Source of the DNA: Glaucostegus cemiculus
Taxonomy: Eukaryota
Direction: 5' to 3'
Assembly (NCBI GenBank): GCA_976551045.1
Contig: CDPCPM010000052.1
Coordinates: forward strand, 3,968,001 to 4,032,000
DNA: 64,000 nt
Positions 52,707 to 64,000 of the stretch are shown here, in pieces (position 1 is the first letter of the stretch; the number at the start of each line of letters is the position of its first letter). Below the pieces are notes generated by a model. That model was not told where the DNA came from and ran no database searches. It worked only from the letters and a program-made list of their open reading frames with translations. A program made the position numbers and the translations under genes.

Positions 52707-55700
52707 TTCAGATGATTTTCCTTAAGTATATGTTTGCTATTAGAGGATATTTTGGCCCGTTGGATCTTTATCCACCCCAAACAAAATTGCACTGATCATC
52801 TAGTTAAATAATTGTTGTTTGCAAGTTTTATTACCATTTACGAAGGAGATTTTTGTTTTATTTCTTAACTGTTTATTTAAAAAACAGTGATTTAATTGCT
52901 TAATAATCCTTGGCATCTGAAAACAGAAATTCTAAAAATTAGTTCTTTGAAACAACTTGTGCATCTTGTTAAAATTTTCATCGCAAGTTTCTTGGTTATT
53001 CATACTGTCACAATGAATTTTCTGTGAAATTCAATATGTACAAATTTTCTACAGACATGTTTGGCCTCACAGAAATAAACTCTCATGCTTTTCAGGCAGT
53101 GGTTTGATTTGTTGGAACTTGTAACCAATTGTATCACAGCACACCACTTAAAACTGCAGTTTATGGATGTGGCTTGCTTTGCTTGACCATTTAAACTTTG
53201 ACCAAAGTTAGGAGCCTCTGAGACTGGAAACACATTTGGCTACCATGGCAGGTGAGACCTCACACACAGTTAGTTAAGCTGTAATTAAAAAAAAACTAGC
53301 ATCATCATTGATGATGAAATCATGAAATTAACCACTCGTTCTATCTCTTTTAAGAAAGTAAATTATTTTTATGCCACGTGGTTTGCCTTGTATGCAACCC
53401 CAGACCGCCAGTGCAGTACATGAATGTTAACTGCCTTCTGAAAAGCTGAGCACAAACAGTACCAAATGCTACAGTTCAGAGAAATGTTCATAATCCCACG
53501 AATGAATAAAATATGGGCAAACTGCTCTCAAATTTCAAAGGTAGTTTTGGAAGCTGTTTCATAAGCCAGCTGGTAAAGGGAGCTTTAAATTCATGGTGGT
53601 GAAATAAATTTGTATCAAATACACTATGATTACAGTGCAGAGGTATTAAATTTTCCATTCCTTCAGTTATACTTTGACGAAAATCCTGTCTCAGCATGCA
53701 AGTAGCTGGCAAATCTTTTCCCTTTTAGTGCTGGTTGAAGTGTCATTGCTCAAGAATACTTGGTCCATTATCTTGCACCTCCAACAATTGATGTGAACTG
53801 CATCAGCTGGAGCCCAAGATAACTAAAAGAAATATCCTTGAGCAATCTCATCTCAACAGTGAAGGGGAGCAAAATTATTTTTTTGTAAACCAGCTACACT
53901 TTTTTTTTGTAAGTAATTTTTAAATACTGGCCTAATAGTATTGAATCTGACTTGCTGCTGGTGATCCTTGTGTAGCTGGCCTTGCCTGGTGTGGTTTTGG
54001 AAGGCTAATTGCACAGGTCCCCCCACCCTCCTCCATCAGGTGCTTGGGTCCCAAGAGCAACGTGGCCTTGGGCAGCATATCGCTGACGTGTGCCTAATAG
54101 AAAACAAAGCTGTGTTACACTCAACAATTTTTTAGATGCTTCTGATATTTAAGATTATTAAAACTGAAGTAAGAAATCTGTTTTGTAGTTTAAGTTTGAC
54201 CTCGGGCCAGAATTTGCTACCTGTGCCAACACGTGTGGTCGGAACAAACGTGCCTTTATCCAGTCTGTCAATGTCAAATTGTTGCCTGAAGCGTCCTCAA
54301 TTTTAAATACAGCCTGTTGTGCTACACTGCCATGACAGGGTGAGGGATGGGGAGATAGCAGCAGAATGTGTACTACCCACAAAACTGCTGATAAACATTG
54401 ATGGCCAGCTAAGCCACCCTTCAACTTAGCTGACTGTCAAATGTGGTAAGGACTTTGAATACTTAACATGAGAACATAAGAAATAAAAGCCATTCAGCTG
54501 CTTCCACCACTCAAAAAGATGATGGTTGAAACTTAGCTTAGCACTACTTTCTTGCACTAGCCCTTGTTTCTTGATTCCCTTAATAATCCTAATGTACTTT
54601 TTTAAAAAAAAACAACTAATTTAAATCAAAAAATGTAAGACTTAACAACTAAATTCATTCATGTAAACTTGGTTAATCAAAAATTGACTAACACAGTTGT
54701 TCTTTGAATCCATTCCCCTCTATTTAAATGGGCTTGCAGGTTCAGCAGACGTGTTCTTGTGTGTCTTAGTGATGTAATTTGAGCAGATTTGCACTGAACT
54801 CTTTAAGAATATCATAGTGAGGAAAACACCAACAAAGGGCAGCCGACAAGTTTGGGGATTCTAAATTTGGTTGCTCTTAAGCAGAGAACTGCAGACAGTT
54901 CCATGTGGGACTGCTGGTATTTCCCAGCTAATCCAGTTGGAATCGTATCTCAAATCATGATTCTATGTGCAGAACATTTATTCTGAAGTATTTTTCTTGA
55001 GCAGAAGTTTTCTTGTATGTAAAAGTTACTGGTTTGCATATTATAAATATGCACCCTTGAGTTTGTTGTCAATCATTCAATGGCATCTTCAGATTTTACT
55101 TTTTAAAGGTTCCATATCAATACAGGTAATTAATTTTCTTTGTTTTCCTTGGCTCTACAGCTTAAAGTGCATTTATCCATACACTGGATCAATCCTAGGG
55201 AATTGTTCGACATGGTGACTTGAGCAATAAAAAGTCACGCTCACAGTGTCAGTTTACAACAATGAGTCATTCTGCACACTGCGAAGGTGCGTTCTATAAA
55301 GGGGAATTCACCTTTGTAGACACGCGTCTTTCAACTCTCAATTTAACCACAAACTAGGATTATATGAAATTATGTTAAAGCTCTGATCTTGAATTTATGT
55401 TGGGTGCTATTTTTATTTAAAGCTGAGATATATTTATGGGCTTTCTTCAACATTTTATGTTATGCTTGAAAGTAATGCCTTGTGAATATACCCTAGTTCT
55501 GAAGGTAAGGACAAAGAAAGCATCTGTAGCTATCATTGCTTTATTGAGCAGCTTTATAAACAACAACAGCTTTACCAGGGAAAGCAGTAGGGGGTTAATG
55601 GAAGTACTGTATCATTGTAGGTTACATGTCTTGTGTCAGAACTTTGGGGGAGAAGTTTAAATAAAAAGTGAACAATGCTACCTAATTCCAAGGATCTCTT

Positions 55701-57349
55701 CTCTACAGCACAAGATGAATGTGCAAAGGAAGCTGTTACGGCAGATATTTAATTAGAAGCAGTCACGTTGGATAAATCCAAAGAGTGTTGTCTCAGTGGA
55801 CATGTTCAGGTTTTTGGTTGATGGCTTTCCTGGCAGTCACAGGTGGAAAATGGCTTACTGGTAAAACAGAAGTGCTGATCTTAACTGCATAATGGTAAGG
55901 TGAAGTGAATGATGGAAAGCAACTTGTGCTGAGATCTGCTGGGGATTCAGAAATGAATATACATGAATAAAATTTTCACATGTTTTAATAAAATACAAAA
56001 GCATTGATCTTGTGCAGGGAACCTAACTTCACATTGTTTGGCATGTTTCAAATATTGGCAGGAGAGAGCTTGAGACATGTCATTTAGTGGTTGTCAAATT
56101 ACTCAACGGAGTGCATGTATATAATTATTAATACAAAACGTGCAGAAGTGTCCATTGTTCATTGCTGCTTGTACCAAGCATGATCAAAAAGGTGATCAGT
56201 CAATTGCTTCCAAGTTTTTGCAAATGATAGTTTCATACAATCAGTTGTAAAACATGTGGTCAACAAACTAATGCTGATGTTCCCCAACCTCCTAACAAGT
56301 GATTAAAAATTATCATTGTAACTCTGTGTTGTGAGAGACAGTTTAACCAGTATCGATGGAAGTACTGGGATAATCCCAAGTAAACTGGGCATATTTTTGG
56401 AGTTTTAATATTTTATCTGCTAATTATTCAAAGTGTTCTTTTTAAGTGTTGGTCCGAACAATGAAGCTTTATGTGGACTGGTGGCTCATGAATAAGGTTG
56501 CAATCAGATTGTATACACCACAGAGAAAATCTGTTTGTCGGCTTATATCTGGTGTTCATCAGTACCCTAAGCCAGTGCCTTTTTACCAGTAGATTGTTTT
56601 CCCAGTTCCCACTATTCGCAGAAGTTATTATGTTGATTTGTTCTGTATTTCTTTGAGCTCCTCCAAGGACAGAGGGGAGAGATGTAGTCCAGCATTAAAT
56701 AGTAGAAAGGTGAAGAGCAGGAGTGAAAAATAGAAGTTGTTAAAGGTGAGTTTGCATGTGCATGATGTCACTTAGGGGCTGCCTTTAAATAAGGAAGTGC
56801 AGGGTAGAGGATTGGGAATCTTCTAGGGATCAGTGTGCTGGTGTGGAAGGAAGTGAAGCTATTACAGAACAGGTCCTTATTTAGTGAAATTAGAACCAAA
56901 TTAACCAATCTCACCCAAACTTGATCTTCCTCCTTTTCTTTCCCTAAGCTTCAGTCATGGGCAAGATCTGAAGGAGGGATTGGAAAAGATGCCGACAGAT
57001 GGAGAAGGTGCTGGGTTAGACTGAAGATGTAGCATATGATTGCAGGGAAGACAGAACTGATGACCCACAACCCTTCTGGGGACCACTCACACAAATGTTA
57101 ATGTACCGGATTCCCAAGAGGTCCTTGGTGCTATCATTCTGAAAATACTCCTGTGTTTTGTCAAAGAACATATAACCATGGTGCAAGGATTAGTAACAAG
57201 CACAAAGTAAGGTTGTATCTAATGGGAAGTTAGATCATATGGAAGGTTACGAATGCAAAAAGCTTAGTCTGAGGTTAACGCAAGGAAGAGGAACCTTATA
57301 GCTTGGGCAGAGAAGGGACAAAGTAGTTGGACAGTAAATAAAGCACTTG

Positions 57350-57710
57350 CAATTGGTTCATTATTGTCACTTATACTGAGGTATAGTGAAAAACTTGTCT
57401 TGCATACTTTTCATACAGATCAATTCACAGTGCATTGAGGTAGTACAGGGTAAAACAATAACAGAATGCCGTTAAAGAGTTAGTTACAGAGAGAGTGCTG
57501 TGCAGGTAGACAGAAAGGTGCAAGGTCATAACAAGGTAGATTGTAATGGTTAAGAGTCCATCTTACTGTACTGGGGGACCATTCAGTATTCTTGTAACAG
57601 CAGGAATAGAAGCTGTCCTTGAACCTGATGGTACGTGCTTTCAGGCTTTTGTATCTTCTGCCCAGTGGGAGAGGGGAGAAGAGAGAATGTCTGGGGTGGG
57701 TGGGATCTTA
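57350..57710 (-). mobile_element. Rex1/Babar LINE 3' end
   Basis: Reverse complement of the element at 3855-4130, plus terminal attggttcattattgtcac...gaaaaacttgtcttgcatac. Confidence 0.75.
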
Positions 57711-59204
57711 GACTTGACTGGAGGTGTGGTGGGGAAAACGAAGATGAGATTACGAGATAGATTCTGAAAGAGCAAGTGAATGTGAGGGAAATCAAGGAGT
57801 CTGCAGCAAATAATGACGCAGGAGTTCTTGCTGAGAAGTATTCAGTGGCCACAAGAAAGCCACCAATGCTCTTTATCGATCTGGGTTTTCTGATCAGTGG
57901 CAAAGCAGCACACAGACCTCAAAAAGTAACTTGCAAGAACGAGGCTGGTTTTATGGAGTGGACTTCCATTTTGCCAATGTGGATTACTGTCAAGCCTTCA
58001 GTGCAACAACAATGACCTCAACGAGGTTATTGTACAACCAGTTACGTTGAGGAATTATTACAGTCACAGAAAACCAGGAAGGAAAAAAAAACACATAGTA
58101 TATCGTAAATAATTTTGGAGTTTGTGCACAAGCTTGGATGGAAGCTGAAATACTACAAACAGTTTTGTAAAACAAATTTCATTCTGCAATTTTTTTTATC
58201 TGAGGAAAATGCAATCTGCATTTACAAATTGAGGTTTGCAAGTGAGTAATTATGGCTTAGTGTGACGTTAAACATTTGCATATCTCACGTCAAAGCAAAA
58301 AAAACATTTTAAGGGCATTTCGCAATGAGTTTGTTTTTATAAACTGAGTGATTCCCTTGATTACGTAGTGAAGCCTGCAAGCTGTGTGCCCTGTGGAGGA
58401 ACACTGAATAGCTGACAGCAGTGTAGGGTTTCCTGCATTAAACTATGCATGTTTGGAAATCCTGAGCTTATTGTCAGCAGCATGGCATGGTGACAGCACT
58501 GACAGTTTCACCATCACTGCAACTGCAGAATCCAGGCCATTAAAAATTTTCTACTAGCCTTATAACTTCAAATAATAGCAATGAAAATTGATACAAAGTT
58601 ATATGCTTCAGCTGGTGACACTGATTTATTCCTGGCAGAATTTGAGCTGGCATTGTCCCAGTTTAGCAACGGCCTCTTGCAATATAAATGGGATAGTCAC
58701 TTCAGTGATGTAAGTGATCCAGTACCCAGGGGTGAATGTTTTCAAGTTTTTTTGGCAGATTTCAATGATTTTTTTTCCTTCTGAAAGTGAGGTTCCCTAT
58801 AGGTTAACATCTCTAAAGGAAGAAGTGGAAATGTGCTTTGTTCAGTTTCTAAAATTCACTGCTGCACTTTCTCCCCCGAAGATGGAGCAGCAATGCTTAT
58901 TCCTACTGCACTGTTTCCTGCACATTGAGGTCTTTTCAATTATTATGATATGTTTACATTTGTATTAACGTATTTTCAGGTTGAGCTGCTTTGTTCAGTT
59001 AAAAGTTGCTGCACCAATCTGTGAATACAATTTCAAACCTTTGGGGGAAAAACAACTCTGCCTTTTCTGTAGCTGTTTAATTTCAGTGAATTATCAGTGC
59101 TTCTTATTCTGAAAAGTGCACCAATTAGAATTAAGGGTAAGGAAAGATGATCAAATGCACAGTTGGACAGATTTTGAAGAGGCATTTGAAGTTTTGATGC
59201 AAGT

Positions 59205-59770
59205 GTAAGAACTCGAAGCAGGAATGAGTCATCTGGCGCTGCAGGTCTGTCCAGCCAATCATTCGGATCATTGGTAAATCTCTACCTGGGGTCCATTTTC
59301 CTGCAGTATCCCCATATCCCTGGATCTAATTTAGTGTCCAGAAACCTATTCTTTTTCAATGAATTCAATGACATGGCTTTCTCAGCTCTCCATGATGGAG
59401 AAGTCCAAAGATTCACCACCCTCTACGTAAGTTCTCATCAGAAGAAACACCCTCTCTGCATCCCCTTGTTGACCCCTGTAAGAATTTTGTAAGTTTCAAC
59501 ACTAGAGAACACAGGCCTGGTCTACTCTTTCTCTCCTTGCAGAGCAAACATACTATACCAAGGACCATTCCTTGCACTCATTCCATGCCAAATGTATCTT
59601 TTTTTTTAAGCAAGGAGACACAAACTGAGCATAATACTCACCAAGGCCCTGTACAATTGCAGTAAAACATCTTTTGCTCCTTTACTCAAATCCTCTCATT
59701 ACAAGGGCCAACCCAGTGTTTGCCTTTCTAATTGTTTGCTGAACCTGGATATTAGCTTTTAGTGACAAAT
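59205..59770 (-). mobile_element. Decayed CR1 LINE 3' fragment
   Basis: aagattcaccaccctct, ggagacacaaactgagcataatactc and ccaaggccctgtacaattgcag are reverse CR1 motifs. Confidence 0.75.
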
Positions 59771-62244
59771 TTACAATGCTGGGAACAAATATTACACAGG
59801 TTGATGAAGCTGCTGTTGGAGAAAGTAAGCCGCAAGGTAAAAGTATGGCTGAGGGTTTCTGCAGTGATGAGGCTGACTATGGAAGGAGGTAGTGGCGTTG
59901 CATAGGAATGCATTCTTGGTGAATGGTAGGATTTAGCTTTCTGAGCTGAGTTCAGCTCATCAGATTAAAATGCACACTGCATTTCAAGTGTTTTTCAGAT
60001 TCTCAAGGAATCTTGGTGGTCACTGTGAAAGTTTAGGAGTTGTTGACCTAGCTAGTTAAAATGTTCATTACTAGAATAAGTGTGTTGGTCAGGATACTGG
60101 TTCTCCTTTCATTGATCAGGTCTTGATGTTGAAGATCAAGAGCAATTTTTTAAATTGTATATGCTCATCTGTCCAATCTTTTTTATATATAAAGAAAATC
60201 ATTTATAAATATCCTTCCCCCCCCCCCCCCCCAGTCCAAAGATAGAATACCCTAAATCTTTGAGTAGAATTTTCAACTTTGAGAGAAAAAATGACCTTTG
60301 GCATTTCCTATTATTCATCCAGTCTGTTTATCTCTGCACTGAAGTTGTGGTAAGGAAAATAATAGAAGCATACAAATTACAGTAAGCAACTCAGACCCTT
60401 GAATCTACTGCCCCATTCAATAAGATCATTGGTGACCTGGTTGTAATATCAGATCTGCATTCCTATTGCCCTCCCCCCCCCCCCCCCCCAAAGTAACCTC
60501 CACTCCCTTATTAAGAATGAATCAACTTCTGCCTTTAAAAACTAACAACACGGCTTCCACAGATCTGCTAATGGCTCTTTCCAAATGTTTGGCACTGGAG
60601 TTGAATGTTCTACCCTGTTTGTGCAGTTTTCTATTGGATTCTTGCCCAGTTTTGGATATATTTGCATTGAGCTTTTATGACTGGATTAAATGGCATCTTG
60701 TATTCTAATAAGTGTGCTAAGAGTTTATTTTAAATGTCAGACAGTCCATGGATTTATGAAGAATTGTTACATTATGAATACAGACAGTCTTGAATGGAAG
60801 CCAGCTTTTTTCAGAGACATGATCTGCATTTTCCATAGTTATGAACAGACTAATAATCAACTGTCTTCACTCCCAACATGAATGATCCTTTTATATCATC
60901 AGTTGTAACTTAAAACATCTGCTTTAGATAAACATAAAGGATTCTATCTTCTGTACGTCATTAATTTAGAAAAGTGTATTCTTTGGTGTTGGAAGAATTC
61001 TTTAATTTGAAGAGTATTGCTTTCAACCTATTGAGTAAACATAAAGTTCTCTTTAATCCTCCTCTCTTTCCATGGTACATCATAAACCATTATCTAACAC
61101 TTCACTTGCAACACTTCAACAACTTGGTTTAGATTTGTGATGAAATCTACCAGAATTGTAGGAAATATTTACCAGTGTCAGTACTTGGTGTTATGGCTTG
61201 AAGGCATGTTGTCCCTTCATGTGGTAAAGAGAAAGCAAATAAAGGAAAATTTAGTTTTGTGGCAATACTTGGAGTAACTTGCATTGGATCCCTCCTGATA
61301 TTGCAGAGCCAGTCATCGGTCAGTCCTTAGACTAGAATCGTTGAGATCCAGCTGTGTAGATGTGCTTGTACGTGACCTTTAAGTTTTCTGCTGTTCTTTG
61401 TGCCTGTAGATATAGTGAATAAATAGGCCTTATTTGTGGTGTTAAGTTATATCCCTGTGTCAATATTTGTAGCTAGGGGGGCAAGTTCTCATCACAAAAA
61501 TGAAAGATAACACTGCTGGATTAATTCCTTAGTGGAGTTAGTATTAACGTTACTCTATGTATTTATATTCCTTAAACCAGAACCAAGGAACTGAAAGACT
61601 ATTAAATACTGGAGGCAAACAAAACCGACTGTGGGAAGTTTTAAGCAAATTAGTTGTGAATGTGCAGGTTCATTATTTTTGACAAAAATATATACTGAGA
61701 GAGAGATGACCGGAGTTGTAAGAATGTGTAAGTGAATCAGTAATTTTGTGTTATTGGTCATGGTATCATTTTTTTAAAAAAGGAATTTATCAAATTACTG
61801 ACTTGCACATACAAAATTGTCTTGTTTAGTTGTACAGGGGAAGTGGGGAAGAAATTAATCTGGTGAGACATTGTTATATAATTTGATATATTCACTGATA
61901 TTTACATAGCAAATAGTAGAACTATGGCTCAACAATACAGGATTTTATCTTAGAATGCAGTATTGATTGTTGTGGCACAACCCATCACCATCTTTTACTT
62001 GTGCTGGAGGATGCCAGTTAACCCATTGGGCCCATGTAAACATCTAATGGAGCAATCCTATCAGTGGAACTCAGCGGGTCAGGCAAGGGAATGGATAATC
62101 GACATTTTAGGTCAAGACCCTTTTATCTTTCTCCTGAGTTCCTCCAGTAGTTTGTTTCTTGCTCTGGATTCCAGCATCTTCAGTCTCTTGAGTCTCCAAT
62201 CCTATCAATGTTCTTTTTCGCATGTCCATCAGCTCCTCATCTTT

Positions 62245-62430
62245 TGCCACGTAACTGAAGAGCAACTCGCCATTAAGCCATGCGTGTCTTTGGGATGTTG
62301 GAGGAAAACACAGCATTCAACAAAAAAAACATCCAGGGAGGGTGTAAACTCCACTCAAACAGCACGGGGTTAGAATCAGACCTGGGTGTGTGGAGCTGCA
62401 AGAGGGCAGCAGTAACTGCTACGCCACCCA
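62245..62430 (-). mobile_element. V-SINE (HE1-like) tRNA-derived SINE
   Basis: gtctttgggatgttggaggaaaa...gtaaactccactcaaacagc...ctgctacgccacc matches the reverse V-domain and tRNA-like head. Confidence 0.7.
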
Positions 62431-64000
62431 TTGCACCCCTATTGGATGTTTGTTTTACTCTGTGTTTAACCTTGATTGTCCCTTTTGCTTTTCTTAAGTC
62501 TTGTCTCTCTTAAGTGATGCACCCTTTTGCCTCAGCCTTTACTTCAGTTTTCTTCTGTGTTACTTATTTTGTTCCCTTGCTGTTAACTGTTGGTCTTTTG
62601 TACCAGTTGCTTTTTTGGTTATTTTTCCTTTGTTTGCAATCAGTGTATTTGGATCAAGAATTTGTATTTTGTGTGAAAGTGCTAAATTTTGTCCTAGTCT
62701 TGGTTTTCCCATTTTGTCCTCTGCGTTCCCTTGTACCTTGGAAGCACCATGCCCACTATTCACAGTGAATGTGATGCTTGGCACAATTTCTTCTGACATT
62801 GGCAGTGAGCGTGCCAACATTTTTGAGTGAATAATAAGAAATATTTTGGTAGGGGTAGAAAGTAGTTGTTGTGGGGAGAGATTTTCTAATTTGTGCTTTT
62901 TAAAAATTAGTTTTTTGTTGAGCATCTTGCACTTTTGGAAGGAAGACTTCAGTGGCATTGGATGCATTTGAAGCACTTGCAGAAAGGTTTGTTTGGAGGT
63001 TGTCATGAAATTCTCTATTCAGGACAATTCTATTAGCAGTATTTGTATTTCATGAGTTAAAACAGACAATAAAATCTTCCAGAATAAATGGATTGTTGCA
63101 CCAGCTGTTGTCTGTCTTCCCCTCCCATCCCAGCTTGAGTTGGTCCACTGAACTTTTTGCCAGAGGCCATCTTGTTGTCTCCTAAGATTTTTGTAACAAA
63201 AGATGACATTCCAAACACTAGTAGCTTTTCTTGAATAATTTTTAATCCTGGCTAATTGCCTCCTCTTTTCTGACCTTTTTCACTCTTGCACACAAGTTAA
63301 GCTGAAGATATGTATGTACATTTAAGTTACTGAATTGATGTAGATCCAAGTGTCTCTGCCAGAAAGACTGATTCGCAGCTACATATGGAAGCAAAAGCTG
63401 GCTCAAGGGCTGGTTAAATATGAACATAACATACACTGTGTAGGGAGGCTTTTCCTTTCTTTATTAAGTCACACTTCATTAGAGAAATAAATTGTCAGCA
63501 ACTGCTTTTTCTGATTTGTTGGGGGATTAGTGCAAAGGGCATTTTAACCTCTTTACTCTGCAGCTTTGTTCAGCTTTGGTAAGGCTGTTGGAGCCGTGCC
63601 TTTCTCCACAACTCCCCAAATAAAATCTTGGATGTAATATTTTACCCTCATCTGTTGTATTTCGCTGTCAGATTTTTTTCTAGTCTTTCTGGCCATGGCC
63701 AACAATATAAGCTGCATCTAGCTGTGATGGTCCACGGAATAGGGAAAAAAGGTGGGTTACTTGGTTTTCTGAAGGTTGGTATTCCTTCCCTAATGTGTGA
63801 TTGTGCAAAAGCCCAGATGGATGTTCTGTTAAAAACGACACTCCTGTGCATTATGTACAACCATCAATACCGCTTAGTAATCTGCTTATCATTCCAAACA
63901 AGAAAAAAACCCTGTGGTTACAAATATCTTCATTCTGATCATTTTATTTTAAACAAATCATTACAAGAAGCTCTTGGTTTTTATATACACAAGATAGTCT

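Noticed and set aside
60218-60489. Poly-C tracts as functional G-quadruplex elements
   Set aside because: Simple homopolymer slippage, one inside a CR1 tail; nothing supports a function.
62501-63006. Overlapping 84-148 aa ORFs
   Set aside because: Low-complexity T-rich sequence with no recognisable domain or splice context.
46647-64000. Next MAPKAP1 exon (PQYRLEKQ...EFCLVREN)
   Set aside because: No matching coding sequence seen. It probably lies beyond the window; the 212-N gap cannot be excluded.

Overview
Eukaryotic, AT-rich vertebrate genomic DNA. The repeat families point to an elasmobranch (shark or ray); this is inference. The whole window lies inside MAPKAP1 (SIN1, an mTORC2 subunit) on the + strand. 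Three internal coding exons (14211-14383, 31129-31305, 46534-46646) splice in frame and encode most of the CRIM domain and the start of the Ras-binding domain. The flanking exons were not found in the window. The introns hold decayed CR1, L2, Rex1/Babar and Penelope retroelements, SINEs, a probable solo LTR, a 181-bp local duplication and a 212-nt assembly gap. They also hold several repeat-free blocks rich in TALE (MEIS/PBX) motifs, probably conserved enhancers of the MAPKAP1-PBX3 regulatory block. Almost all supplied ORFs are spurious or retroelement relics. The most notable observations are: (1) a CR1 inserted in reverse into another CR1 and truncated at the homologous position, giving a ~1.6 kb imperfect fold-back; (2) a MEIS-motif block that also looks like an alternative terminal exon; (3) short palindromic Penelope-derived retroposons with target-site duplications and hammerhead-ribozyme relics; (4) a sense-oriented solo LTR. 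I found no convincing wholly new biological system. Repeat boundaries were estimated by eye.
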